Positions 1-10,177 of a DNA stretch of 64,000 nucleotides are shown here, one piece after another; within the stretch, counting starts at the first letter, position 1; each line of letters starts with the position of its first letter. A program made the position numbers and the translations under genes. The stretch spans positions 576,001 through 640,000 of the forward strand of contig CAWIKF010000002.1 in the NCBI GenBank assembly GCA_963836755.1, read 5' to 3'. The notes under the pieces were generated by a model. The model did not search any database. It was not told where the DNA came from and saw only the letters and a program-made list of their open reading frames with translations. Source of the DNA: an uncultured Verrucomicrobiae bacterium (GTDB lineage Bacteria; Verrucomicrobiota; Verrucomicrobiia; Chthoniobacterales; Chthoniobacteraceae).

Positions 1-2
1 CG

Positions 3-320
3 AACGAGAGCGGCGGCTACGGAATGTTGATCGGGCCGCACGCGACGAAAGCGGAGCACGAAAAATTTCGGCAGGCGATTTTGAAAGATCCGCGCAACTA
101 CGTGGCGCAGCCGGTGGTGCAGCTTTCGCGCGCGCCATCTTTTTGCGACGGCACCATCGAGGGGCGTCACGTGGACTTGCGGCCTTACATTTTATACGGC
201 GAAAAAATTACGATCATTCCCGGCGGTCTCACGCGCGTCGCATTGCGCAAAGGTTCGCTGGTCGTCAATTCCTCGCAAGGCGGTGGCGCGAAGGAAACGT
301 GGGTCGTCGATGAGGATTGA
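3..320 (+). CDS. Circularly permuted type 2 ATP-grasp protein, C-terminal part (runs off window start)
   Basis: Frame open from position 3: [12 protein letters not shown]...RHVDLRPY...[29 protein letters not shown]; directly followed by an alpha-E gene. Confidence 0.92.
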   Translation, partial: NESGGYGMLIGPHATKAEHEKFRQAILKDPRNYVAQPVVQLSRAPSFCDGTIEGRHVDLRPYILYGEKITIIPGGLTRVALRKGSLVVNSSQGGGAKETWVVDED

Positions 321-323
321 CCG

Positions 324-1319
324 ATGCTGAGCCGCGTCGCCGATTCGCTTTACTGGCTGAGCCGCTACATCGAGCGCGCGGAAAATCACGCGCGCATCCT
401 CGACGTGAATTTGCAGCTCGCGCTCGATTTTCAGGATGGCACCGAGCAGACGGAATCGCGGCAGTGGATGCCGATCATCGCCTCGCTCGAGGACCAGCAG
501 TTATTCAACACGTTGCACGACGCCGCGAATGCGGAAACCGTCTGCGATTTCGTCACGTTCGAGCGCGAAAATCCGAACTCGATTTATTCCTCGCTCTGCC
601 GCGCGCGCGAAAATGCGCGGACGGTGCGCGAATATATTTCCAGCGAAATGTGGGAGCAGATCAACCGGCTCTATCTTTACATGAACTCGGCGGCCGCGCG
701 GCAGCTCTGCGCGGGCAGCGGCATCGATTTTTACCGGCGGCTGGTGGACAGCTCGCATCAATTTCTCGGCATCACGAACGCGACGCTCACGCACGGCGAA
801 GGATGGAACTTTTTGCAGGCCGGCAAATATCTCGAGCGCGCCGATTCGACCTCGCGCATCCTCGATTTGAAATATCACATCCTGCTGCCGAGCGGCGAGC
901 GCGTCGGCGGCAATGTGGACACGGTGCAATGGATGGCCGTGCTGAAATCGTGCAGCGCGCTCGAGGCTTATCGCAAGCTGCATGTCGGTCAGGTCACGCC
1001 GGCGAAAGTCGCGGAGTTCATCATTCTGCACGACGATTTCCCGCGCTCGATCCGCTTCTGCGTGGACGGGCTCGACACGGCGCTGCACCGGATTTCAAAT
1101 TGCAGCCGCTCGCATTTTTCGAACGACGCGGAGCGGCTTTCCGGTCGGCTCTGCTCCGATCTCGACTACGAAACGATCGGCGACATTTTCCAGTTTGGCC
1201 TGCACCAGTATCTCGACCGCATTCAGATGCGTTTGATCGAAATCGGCGCCGCGATGGCCAAAACATTTTTCGAATGGATGGAGCCTGAGCCGGCGCAAAC
1301 GCAATCGCAGACGCAGTAG
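324..1319 (+). CDS. Alpha-E domain protein (DUF403)
   Basis: [52 protein letters not shown] motifs. Confidence 0.92.
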   Translation: MLSRVADSLYWLSRYIERAENHARILDVNLQLALDFQDGTEQTESRQWMPIIASLEDQQLFNTLHDAANAETVCDFVTFERENPNSIYSSLCRARENARTVREYISSEMWEQINRLYLYMNSAAARQLCAGSGIDFYRRLVDSSHQFLGITNATLTHGEGWNFLQAGKYLERADSTSRILDLKYHILLPSGERVGGNVDTVQWMAVLKSCSALEAYRKLHVGQVTPAKVAEFIILHDDFPRSIRFCVDGLDTALHRISNCSRSHFSNDAERLSGRLCSDLDYETIGDIFQFGLHQYLDRIQMRLIEIGAAMAKTFFEWMEPEPAQTQSQTQ

Positions 1320-1379
1320 CGGCCGGATCGTCGCCGGAAATTTTCCGGCCAAAGGCATGCGAGAATCGTTATCTTCGTG

Positions 1380-2393
1380 ATGAGCGAAGAAAATCTGATG
1401 AGCCGCCGTCGCGCGCTGCGAGGAATCGGCGCCGGGCTCGCCGCTGCGGCAATCACGCCGGCCTTTGGCGCTGGCGCAAACAACAATCAAGCAGGAGCAA
1501 CGATGACACCCGATAAATTACAGGACCCGAAAACAAAGTATCCGCAGCCGCCTTTCAAAGGACAGGAGCAACCTTGGCCGGGACTCGCGAGCAAGATGGA
1601 TCCGCGGCCAGATCACGGCGAGAAGAGTTATAAGGGCTCGGGCCGACTCGCGGGTCGGAAAGCGCTCATCACTGGCGGCGACTCGGGGATGGGTCGCGCG
1701 GCCGCGATCGCTTTTGCGCGCGAGGGCGCGGACGTCGCGATCAATTACTTCCCGACCGAGGAACCGGATGCGAAGGAAGTCATCGAGTTGATCAAAGCGG
1801 AAGGCCGGAACGCGGTGGCGCTGCCGGGAGACCTGCGCGACGAAGCATTTTGCGTGAAGCTGGTGGCGGACGCAGTAGAGGCGCTTGGCGGACTCGACAT
1901 TCTCGTCAGCAATGCCGCCCGCCAGCAGGAGCGCAAATCAATCCTCGATGTCACCAGCGAGGACTTTGACGCCACGATGAAGACGAATATCTACGCACCG
2001 TTCTGGATCATCAAGGCAGCTGTCCCGCACATGCCACCGGGCTCGACGATTATCGGCACGGCATCCGAGCAAGCCTACGATCCGTCGCCAGATCTTTACG
2101 ACTATGCCCAGACGAAGGCTGCGACCATGAACTACGTGAAGTCGCTGGCAAAGCAGCTCGCGCCGAAAGGCATCCGCGTAAATGGCGTGGCGCCGGGACC
2201 GATCTGGACGCCGCTGCAGGTAAGCGGCGGCGCGACGCAGGAGAAGCTCAAGGAATTTGGCGGAAAAACTCCGCTCGGACGGCCCGGGCAACCGGCAGAG
2301 CTAGCGTCGATCTACGTGCAGCTTGCGGCGAGCGATGCCAGCTACGCCACGGGCCAGATCTACGGCGCGGAAGGCGGCAGCGGTCAGCCTTAG
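1380..2393 (+). CDS. SDR family oxidoreductase (YghA-like) with Tat-like leader; alternative internal start at 1503
   Basis: PDHGEKSYKGSGRLAGRKALITGGDSGMGRA, YAQTK catalytic YxxxK, VNGVAPGPIWTPLQ; N-terminal SRRRAL plus hydrophobic stretch. Confidence 0.9.
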   Translation: MSEENLMSRRRALRGIGAGLAAAAITPAFGAGANNNQAGATMTPDKLQDPKTKYPQPPFKGQEQPWPGLASKMDPRPDHGEKSYKGSGRLAGRKALITGGDSGMGRAAAIAFAREGADVAINYFPTEEPDAKEVIELIKAEGRNAVALPGDLRDEAFCVKLVADAVEALGGLDILVSNAARQQERKSILDVTSEDFDATMKTNIYAPFWIIKAAVPHMPPGSTIIGTASEQAYDPSPDLYDYAQTKAATMNYVKSLAKQLAPKGIRVNGVAPGPIWTPLQVSGGATQEKLKEFGGKTPLGRPGQPAELASIYVQLAASDASYATGQIYGAEGGSGQP

Positions 2394-2509
2394 TCGAAGG
2401 AGCAGCTTCGGTTTGTCGTCAGGCAGCGGCAGTTGAGTTCGATGAGGCAGCCTGCGAAAGGTTGTCAGGGTTTTATGCTGAAAATGAGGAAGTTGCGTTG
2501 AAAACGCGC

Positions 2510-2760
2510 CGTCCCGGGCTCGAACCGTCGTCTCCCGACTGCGAGCCGGGACGTCCCGGATCCGGCCCGGGAGCTCCCGACTTTGACCCGGGACGTCCAG
2601 GCTGTGACTCGGGAGCACCCGGCTTGAAACCGGGAGTTCCCGGCTCCGATCCGGGAGCACCCGACGTGAAGCCGGGAAGCCGCGGCTCCGACTCGGGAAG
2701 CCCCGGGTTGCGGCCGGGAGACGCCCGGGGCGAGCCGGGAAGCGGCGGCTTCGATTTTCC
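2510..2760. repeat. Degenerate 21-bp tandem repeat array (about 12 units)
   Basis: (C/T)CGGGA at 2546, 2567, 2588, 2609, 2630, 2651, 2672, 2693, 2714, 2735, an exact 21-bp period; several units are internally palindromic (CCGGGACGTCCCGG). Confidence 0.9.
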
Positions 2761-2800
2761 CAGGTATCGGGATCGAGGATAGTGTGCCGATGCGCCGATT

Positions 2801-3931
2801 TCACTGCGGCTGCAGCATGCGGAGATACCATCCGACGAGCGGCCAACCGGCGAAGAGCCACACTAGCGCGCCGAGCGCGAGGTAGGGGCCAAACGGGATT
2901 TTCGCCGACCATTCGCGCCGGCCCAAGACGATGGTGAGCATGCCGATGAGCGCGCCTGCGACGGATGCGGACATGATCGTGAAAAAGACTGCCTGCCAGC
3001 CGAGAAATGCGCCGATGGCTGCGATGAATTTCACGTCGCCAAAACCCATCGCCTCGCGCGGGATGACGATTGCGGAAACGTTGCCGCGAATGGTCGCGAG
3101 CTTTTCCAGCGGCAGCTCGCGCGTGCCGAGCAGGAGCCGGTTGTAGTGAAAACGGAGCGCGGTTTCCTGCTCCGCTTTGCCGTCGATCTCGACGCGACCG
3201 CATTGCATCACGAGCAGGTCGCTCTCGCGCGCGAACAATTCGCTCCAGCGGAATTTTTCGTCGTCGATGACGAGGTCGGCGTCATCGCCATCGCGAGTCC
3301 AGGTAAAGTTTTGCGCGGGCTCAAAGCGGAGCCGTTTTTTTCCAAATGCTTTTTTGCCGAGCTCGACCACGCACCAGAGCGTCGCGAATCCAGCGGCGGC
3401 GCCGAGCAGGGACCAGAGGCCGCTCCAGAGATGCGTGTCGTCGAATCCAGCCGGCAGCGAGTCTTGCATGAGTAACGGAATCGCGAAGCTGAGGACGATG
3501 CCGGCGACGGTGCCGCCCCACGTGATTTCATCGGGGATGATGAAATGCTCGAAGTCGATGAAGGTGGCGACGACGAGGAGGCTGACGAAAATCCAATACG
3601 GAAATGCGAGCACCCATTGCCCGGCAGCCCAGCATTGAAGCCAGACGGCGAGGAAAAGGAGCGCGGTGAGGAGCTCGACGCCGAAGTAGCGGAATGCGAT
3701 TGGCGCGCCGCAGTTTTTGCATTTGCCGCGCAGCGCGAGCCACGAGATGAGCGGGAGATTTTGCGTCCACGGGATTTGTTTTTTGCAATGTGGACAGAAG
3801 GAGCGGCGCGGCTCGTTGACGGAAAGTCCGAGCGGGAGACGGTAGATGCAGACGTTTAAAAAACTGCCGACGACCGCGCCGAGGACGAATGCGAAAACGC
3901 GGAAAAGATTTTCGTAAAAAGCAGGCTGCAC
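2801..3931 (-). CDS. pilD: Prepilin peptidase / N-methyltransferase (peptidase A24) with internal soluble insertion
   Basis: GSFLNVCIYRLP, RSFCPHC...GKCKNC, FIDFEHFIIPD, MGFGDVK, IPFGPYL; probable GTG start at 3931. Confidence 0.9.
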   Translation of the reverse strand: MQPAFYENLFRVFAFVLGAVVGSFLNVCIYRLPLGLSVNEPRRSFCPHCKKQIPWTQNLPLISWLALRGKCKNCGAPIAFRYFGVELLTALLFLAVWLQCWAAGQWVLAFPYWIFVSLLVVATFIDFEHFIIPDEITWGGTVAGIVLSFAIPLLMQDSLPAGFDDTHLWSGLWSLLGAAAGFATLWCVVELGKKAFGKKRLRFEPAQNFTWTRDGDDADLVIDDEKFRWSELFARESDLLVMQCGRVEIDGKAEQETALRFHYNRLLLGTRELPLEKLATIRGNVSAIVIPREAMGFGDVKFIAAIGAFLGWQAVFFTIMSASVAGALIGMLTIVLGRREWSAKIPFGPYLALGALVWLFAGWPLVGWYLRMLQPQ

Positions 3932-4052
3932 GCGCGCGCAATCCAAAGCGGCGGCTGCGCGCGAGTCAAGGCTGGCGGCGGTCTGCGCGGCGCAAACGCG
4001 GAAGTCGCGCGCGAAGTTGCGTGGCGTCAAAGTTTTGGCACATTGCGCGGCG

Positions 4053-5303
4053 ATGAAATTCCCCTTGCCTCTGGTTTTGCTCGCGCTTTTCGCGTGCCGC
4101 GCGATTGCGGGCGAGATCGAGTGGCATCCGGCCGCGGACATGGACGGGCAACTTTTTCCGTCGTTCATCCTTGCGACCGCGACGATGAAAGCCGATCCGA
4201 AGTTGAAACAGCCGGGCGCATTTCTCGGCGACGAAACGGGCTTGCTCGGTGTCCTGCTCACGGGCGCGCCGCCGAAAGCGCGCGTGACGGTGCGGGTGCG
4301 CGAGAATGCGCTGATGGAGGCGAGCACATTCACTGGCGCGCTGCCGGCCGCCAAAGGCGCGGTGACGATCGCGCCAAAGATCAGCTACAAGTTTCCGGCG
4401 CTGCGGGATGTGAAACAACAGGCGCCGCTGAATGTGACATTCGCCGTGGAGGTCGATGGCAAGCCGCTTGGCGAGCAGATCGAGACGGTCAATGTGCATG
4501 CGATCAACGACTGCGTTTACGGTTTTGCCGAGACGGAAGCGGCGCTGCCGGACATGACGACGGAGAAGAAATCATCGAAGACCACATCGAAGAAAAAGGC
4601 GGCGGCGAAGGCGGGTTACACCGACCTGAGCTGGATGTTCGCGGCGTATGTGAACGAGAGCCATCCGCTGATCGACACGATTTTGAAAGAGGCGCTCGAC
4701 ACGAAGATCGTGACCGGTTTCGACGATTACCAAAGCGGCGAGCGCACGGATATTTTGCGGCAGGTGTTCGCGATCTGGCACGCGTTGCAGGCGCGCGGCA
4801 TTCGCTATTCAAACACGACTGCGGTGCCCGGCGGCTCGCGACTCGTGCTGAGCCAAAACGTGCGCTTCATGGAGGAGGCGGCGCGCGCGGGTCAGGCGAA
4901 TTGCGTCGATGGCAGCGTGATGCTGGCCTCGATTTTGCGGCGCGTGGAGCTCGACCCATTCCTCGTGCTCGTGCCCGGCCACATGTATGTCGGCGTTTAT
5001 CTCGACGGCAATGACAAGAGCGAACGCGCGGTCGCAATCGACACGACGGCGCTCGGCGATGTCGACGCAGCGCATGGCGTCAAAGTTTCGCGCGATCTCA
5101 AGGTGTTAAACACTCAGCTCACAAAAACGCAACACGATGACGCGTGGGAAACTTTCAAGGCAGCGATCGCCGACTCGACCGAAGATTTGCGCGAGCACCG
5201 GAAAAAATTCGAGTCCGGCGACGATCCGCAATACCAGATCATCGACATCGAAGGCGTGCGCGATGAAGGCGTGATGCCGATTCCCTACGTGAAGAGCGAG
5301 TAG
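4053..5303 (+). CDS. Exported protein with transglutaminase-like (Cys-His-Asp) domain
   Basis: Signal peptide MKFPLPLVLLALFACRAIA; ANCVDGS...VPGHMYVG...AIDTT. Confidence 0.7.
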   Translation: MKFPLPLVLLALFACRAIAGEIEWHPAADMDGQLFPSFILATATMKADPKLKQPGAFLGDETGLLGVLLTGAPPKARVTVRVRENALMEASTFTGALPAAKGAVTIAPKISYKFPALRDVKQQAPLNVTFAVEVDGKPLGEQIETVNVHAINDCVYGFAETEAALPDMTTEKKSSKTTSKKKAAAKAGYTDLSWMFAAYVNESHPLIDTILKEALDTKIVTGFDDYQSGERTDILRQVFAIWHALQARGIRYSNTTAVPGGSRLVLSQNVRFMEEAARAGQANCVDGSVMLASILRRVELDPFLVLVPGHMYVGVYLDGNDKSERAVAIDTTALGDVDAAHGVKVSRDLKVLNTQLTKTQHDDAWETFKAAIADSTEDLREHRKKFESGDDPQYQIIDIEGVRDEGVMPIPYVKSE

Positions 5304-5360
5304 CCGCGCGAGCGCCCGGTTGACCGCGCGCACTTTGCTCCGCATAGTCTGCGGCTCTGC

Positions 5361-7157
5361 ATGTCGACCGAACGCACGCGTAACTTTTGCATCATCGCCC
5401 ATATCGATCACGGGAAGACGACGCTCTCGGATCGGCTTTTACAAATGACGGGCACGGTCGCGGATCGCGATGCGCAGGACCAGCATCTCGACTCGATGGA
5501 CCTCGAGCGCGAGCGCGGGATCACGATCAAGATGCACCCGGTCGCGATGCGTTATCACGCGAAAGACGGGCACATTTACAAACTCAACCTGCTCGACACG
5601 CCGGGCCACGTGGACTTTGCCTACGAAGTCTCGCGCAGTCTCGCGGCATGCGAAGGCGCGCTCGTAATCGTCGATGCGGCGCAAGGCGTCGAGGCGCAGA
5701 CGGTCGCGAACGTCCATCTCGCCAACAAGCAAGGCCTGACCATCGTGCCGGTCATCAACAAAATCGATCTGCCGAACTCCGACATCCCGACGGTCAAGAA
5801 ACAGCTCGAGGATATTCTTTCCATTCCCGCCGAGGAGGCGATTCTCGCGAGCGCAAAGGCCGGCATCGGCATTGAGGAAATCCTCGAAGCCGTCATCCAC
5901 CGCATCCCGCCGCCGAAGAAATGGGATGACGAGAAAGTGCGCGCGCTTGTCTTCGACAGCACCTTCGATAGCTACCGCGGCGTCGTCACCTACGTCCGCA
6001 TGATGAGTGGCTCGCTCCACCCCGGCGACGGCGTGAAAATGATGAGCAATAACCGCCCTTACGACGTGAAGGAAGTTGGCGTCTTCACGCCGAAGATGAA
6101 AGCGCGCGACAAGCTCGTCGCCGGCGACACCGGCTACGTGATCGCGAACATCAAGGCATCGAGTGAGATCAAAATCGGCGACACTTTGACGGGAACAAAG
6201 TTTCCCGCCACCCAGCCGCTGCCGGGCTTCCAGGAAATCCATCCGATGGTCTTCAGCGGCATCTATCCCATCAACACCGCCGACTTTGAAAACCTGAAGG
6301 CCGCCATGGCCAAGCTCCAGCTCAACGACTCCTCATTCGTCTACCAAGCCGAAAGCAGCGTCGCCCTCGGCTTCGGCTTTCGCTGCGGCTTCCTCGGCCT
6401 TCTGCACATGGAGATCATCCAGGAGCGGCTCCGGCGCGAATACAACATGGACATCATCGCCACGTATCCGTCCGTCATCTACGAAGTCGAGAAAACCAAC
6501 GGCGAAATTTTACACGTCGATAACCCCGAGTTCCTCCCCGACCCGAGCGTCATCGAGGAAATCCGCGAGCCCATCGTGAAATGCTTCATCATGGTGCCCA
6601 ACGAATACATCAGCCCCCTCATGCAGCTCATCATGGACAAGCGCGGCGTCCTCGACCACACCGAGACCCTCGACAGCAAGCGCGTGATGCTCACCTGCGT
6701 GCTGCCGCTCAATGAAATCCTGGTCGATTTTAACGACAAAATCAAAAGCATCACCCGCGGCTACGGCAGCATGGATTACGAGCACGCCGGACATCGCGCC
6801 GACAAACTCGTCAAACTCGACATGCTAGTAAACGGCGAGCCCGTCGATGCGTTCTCATCCATCGTCCATCGCGACAAAGCCGACGCCCGCGGCCGCGCCC
6901 TCGCTGCGAAGCTCAAGGAAGTCATCCCCACGCAGCTTTACGTCGTCGCCATCCAGGCCGCCATCGGCGGCAAAATCATCGCTCGCGAAACCGTCAGCGC
7001 GCAGCGCAAAGACGTCACCGCGAAATGCTACGGCGGCGACATCAGCCGCAAACGGAAGCTTTTGGAAAAACAAAAAGAAGGCAAAAAACGGATGAAAAGC
7101 ATCGGCAAAGTCAACATCCCGCAAGAAGCCTTCATCCAGGTGCTCAAGTCGAACTGA
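5361..7157 (+). CDS. lepA: Elongation factor 4 (LepA)
   Basis: RNFCIIAHIDHGKTTL, DTPGHVDF, NKID, GFRCGFLGLLH, KCYGGDISRKRKLLEKQKEGKKRMK. Confidence 0.99.
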   Translation: MSTERTRNFCIIAHIDHGKTTLSDRLLQMTGTVADRDAQDQHLDSMDLERERGITIKMHPVAMRYHAKDGHIYKLNLLDTPGHVDFAYEVSRSLAACEGALVIVDAAQGVEAQTVANVHLANKQGLTIVPVINKIDLPNSDIPTVKKQLEDILSIPAEEAILASAKAGIGIEEILEAVIHRIPPPKKWDDEKVRALVFDSTFDSYRGVVTYVRMMSGSLHPGDGVKMMSNNRPYDVKEVGVFTPKMKARDKLVAGDTGYVIANIKASSEIKIGDTLTGTKFPATQPLPGFQEIHPMVFSGIYPINTADFENLKAAMAKLQLNDSSFVYQAESSVALGFGFRCGFLGLLHMEIIQERLRREYNMDIIATYPSVIYEVEKTNGEILHVDNPEFLPDPSVIEEIREPIVKCFIMVPNEYISPLMQLIMDKRGVLDHTETLDSKRVMLTCVLPLNEILVDFNDKIKSITRGYGSMDYEHAGHRADKLVKLDMLVNGEPVDAFSSIVHRDKADARGRALAAKLKEVIPTQLYVVAIQAAIGGKIIARETVSAQRKDVTAKCYGGDISRKRKLLEKQKEGKKRMKSIGKVNIPQEAFIQVLKSN

Positions 7158-7743
7158 GTTAGCGTCAGCTAGCCCTTTGTGCCGCGCGCGCCCGTCTGTG
7201 CAGCGCCCCACCGCCGCCGTGCAGGGACAATTTGCGTCTGCGCGATTGCTTCGCGCCCGAGCCTACTCGGACGATGGTAAAGCCGCCTCGCAGCACTAGG
7301 TCTTTCCGCTTAGATCAATCACGATAGTTCCCTGATGGAGAAACTTTTGAAACATATACTTTTATAACACTCCACAGGTAGAGGCGGGTCCTCTTTTGAC
7401 GTTGAGTGATAAAGCGACTGGGTCGAAATCAATCGCAAAGTATTCTGCTTGCGCGTCATTGGTATAAACCAAGCACTCTGCCCGAGAGGACCGGACGGAG
7501 GGGACCCGCGATTTTCACGGCGGCTCGACGTCGAAGAGTGTGCAGCGCAATTGCATCCTGCTCGAGATGCCCACGATCAATGTCGCGGCGGCGACGATCG
7601 CCGCTACGCGCGGGCAGCCGGCTGCGACGCCGCCGAAGGCTTAGCGGTAGCGATGCGGGAATTGCGAGCAAGCGGCGATTCCCTTTGACAGTGTGGCGCG
7701 GAAATCTACACCTTTCCTCCCTATGACTTCCCCGTTTCCACCC

Positions 7744-9315
7744 ATGAACCGACTCTTCGCTTGCGCGGCTTTTTTGCTCTTGACGATTCCCATTGGCCGG
7801 GCAGAAGACACAGCTGTGCCGCAGAAGAATGAAGTTGGCGCGGTGATCGCACCGATAGCTCCGGGTCCTTTTAAGGAGGATTTGGATTCGCTAAAGAACT
7901 ATAGGTGCCCGGAGTGGTTTCGTGATGCGAAGTTCGGCATTTGGGCGCATTGGGGGCCGCAAGCAGTGCCGGCGAATGGCGATTGGTATGCACGCAAAAT
8001 GTATATTCAAGGGGATGGCGATTATAAGTCTCACCTCGAGACCTATGGGCATCCTTCAAAGAGTGGCTACAAGGATATCATCCCGCTTTGGAAGGCAGAG
8101 AAATGGGATCCGGTGGCTTTGATGGCGCTCTACAAGAAGGCAGGCGCGCACTACTTTGTAAGCATGGGTTGTCATCATGATGACTTCGATTTGTGGAACT
8201 CGCAGTTCCATAGCTGGAATGCAGTCAGGATGGGACCTAAACGGGATGTGGTGGGTGAATGGCAGAAGGCTGCAAAGGATCAGGGACTGCCGTTCGGTGT
8301 GTCGGAGCATCTCGGTGCGAGCTATACTTGGTTCCAGACGAGTCATGGGTCGGATAAGACCGGGCCTTTGGCCGGTGTGCCTTACGATGGAGCAGACCCA
8401 GCCTATCAGGAGCTATACCATCCGCCTACGAAGCCAGGCGACAACGCATGGTATACGACCGACCCCGTCAACCAGGAGGATTGGCAGAAGCGCATTCGCG
8501 ATTTGATCAATAGCTACCATCCGGACTTGCTCTACAGCGATGGAGGCCTTCCTTTTGGCGCGCTGGGCAGAAGCACGGTGGCGCATCTTTATAACACCAA
8601 CATCGCGAGCAACGATGGGAAGCTCACGGCTGTCTATAACTGCAAAGATCCCCACAACTCCAAACCTGGTCACGGTGCATTCACTCCCGGCACCTGCGTG
8701 CAGGACATCGAACGCGGAGCCATGACGGCCATCAACGAGTATCCCTGGCAGACCGATACCTCCAATGGCGACTGGTTTTATAGAAAAGGCGATCACTACA
8801 AGAACACCGGGGTGGTATTGCACTTGCTCGCAGACATCGTTAGCAAAAATGGAAATCTCCTGCTCAACGTCGTGCTTCGCCCCGATGGCTCGCTTCCGCC
8901 TGAATCCGAGGAGCTGGTGAAAGGGCTGACCGCTTGGATGCCAGTCAATAGTGAAGCGATTTTCGGCACGCGGCCATGGGTGGTTTATGGCGAAGGTCCG
9001 ACAGTCGTCAAAGGCGGCTCCTTCAAGGAAACCTTTTCCTTCACGGCGGAAGATATTCGCTTTACCACCAAAGACAGCTCTCTCTACGCAATCACTCTTG
9101 GCATCCCGAAAGGCCCGATCGTCATCAAGTCGCTCGGCAGCAAGTCAGCCACCGGCGGCAACGCGATCTCCGAAGTGACTTTGCTCGGCAGCAAGGAAAA
9201 ACTCGACTGGAAGCAGCAGGACGATGCGTTGGTGATCCAGCCCGCGAAGGATTGGCCGACGAGCGAATCGGTTGTTTTCAAAATCGCAGGAGCTTTGCCG
9301 CAGAAGAAGTCGTAA
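7744..9315 (+). CDS. Alpha-L-fucosidase, GH29, secreted
   Basis: PEWFRDAKFGIWAHWG, CHHDDFDLW, DIVSKNGNLLLN, EAIFGTRPW; signal peptide. Confidence 0.92.
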   Translation: MNRLFACAAFLLLTIPIGRAEDTAVPQKNEVGAVIAPIAPGPFKEDLDSLKNYRCPEWFRDAKFGIWAHWGPQAVPANGDWYARKMYIQGDGDYKSHLETYGHPSKSGYKDIIPLWKAEKWDPVALMALYKKAGAHYFVSMGCHHDDFDLWNSQFHSWNAVRMGPKRDVVGEWQKAAKDQGLPFGVSEHLGASYTWFQTSHGSDKTGPLAGVPYDGADPAYQELYHPPTKPGDNAWYTTDPVNQEDWQKRIRDLINSYHPDLLYSDGGLPFGALGRSTVAHLYNTNIASNDGKLTAVYNCKDPHNSKPGHGAFTPGTCVQDIERGAMTAINEYPWQTDTSNGDWFYRKGDHYKNTGVVLHLLADIVSKNGNLLLNVVLRPDGSLPPESEELVKGLTAWMPVNSEAIFGTRPWVVYGEGPTVVKGGSFKETFSFTAEDIRFTTKDSSLYAITLGIPKGPIVIKSLGSKSATGGNAISEVTLLGSKEKLDWKQQDDALVIQPAKDWPTSESVVFKIAGALPQKKS

Positions 9316-9401
9316 GCGAACGTCCGCTCGCTGCGTATCCGTCATTTCTGGTTGCCAGCGGCGAAAGTCGCGACATAGTAGCTGCGCCTTTGGAAGTGCA
9401 C

Positions 9402-9490
9402 GGAAGGATGGCTGAGCCCGGTCTAAGGCACTCGACTCGAAATCGAGCGTTGGGTAAAACCAACCGTGGGTTCGAATCCCACTCCTTCCG
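9402..9490 (+). tRNA. tRNA-Ser (anticodon CGA), long variable arm, no encoded CCA
   Basis: Acceptor GGAAGGA/TCCTTCC plus G discriminator, anticodon stem CTCGA-CT CGA AA-TCGAG, T-arm GTGGG TTCGAAT CCCAC. Confidence 0.96.
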
Positions 9491-9549
9491 CTCTAAGCCT
9501 CATGGTTAAAGGATTCAGGCGCTAAAGGGTGAGTTTGGCAGAATTTTTT

Positions 9550-9603
9550 TGCACAATATTGCACGCTTCTGCACCGCCGAAATTCGGACACCAATCGGAC
9601 ACC
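9550..9603. repeat. Short periodic direct repeats (possible integrase arm / excisionase sites)
   Basis: TGCAC at 9550, 9560, 9570; TCGGACACC at 9584 and 9595. Confidence 0.55.
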
Positions 9604-10177
9604 GCATCTGCGAGAGGGGTTAATGATTCCTCAAGAATGCGGTCAAACTTTTTCTGTTTCCGCCGTCGTATTTGTAAAACGGTAAAGCTGGGGGAGCTTT
9701 TTGAGCGAATGCACTAACCGAAAAACGAATGCAATCGCCGCCGAAAAAAGAAGTCTCATTGCGAAATGGCTCTCGTTCCACGGCATTGCGGAAAACCGAT
9801 GCACCCCCAAAATTTTGAGCCTGCTTTGGCCCCCTTTGTGGCCGTGCGCAAAATCATTGGAGTGCCGCAAGCGGGACATTTGGGAGCGCTTAACACTTCA
9901 TCGTCCGACATATCGCTATATTTTCGCGTCTGTCTTTTTACGCGCCGCTTGCGCTTCTAATCCCCAACTTTTCCTAAACTCCAATGCTCAAAAATTGTCC
10001 ACGCGAGCCCAATCAGAATCGCGAGAAAAGCCAATGGAAAGAGTTTCGTGAAAACTTGGTGCTGTAGCTCTTGAGGGAGTGCCTGTAAGGGGTCTGCTGC
10101 CATTTCTTTGAATCTTTCAGGAAGTCTCCCTCATTTCAAACGTCCGCAAACTTTACCACGACGCAATAATCAAAATT

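Noticed and set aside
2510..2760. CRISPR array interpretation of the 21-bp arrays (also 29.7 and 59.4 kb)
   Set aside because: Total period is only 21 bp, repeats are degenerate, and no cas genes are present in the window
3932..4354. N-terminal extensions given by the ORF track for pilD (also SGNH 53899-54153, GH95 59311-59631, DUF2063 48132-48326)
   Set aside because: They overlap other genes or repeats; homology and signal peptides begin at the downstream starts
9491..10177. Integrase gene next to the tRNA
   Set aside because: Only short ORFs, with no tyrosine or serine recombinase motifs
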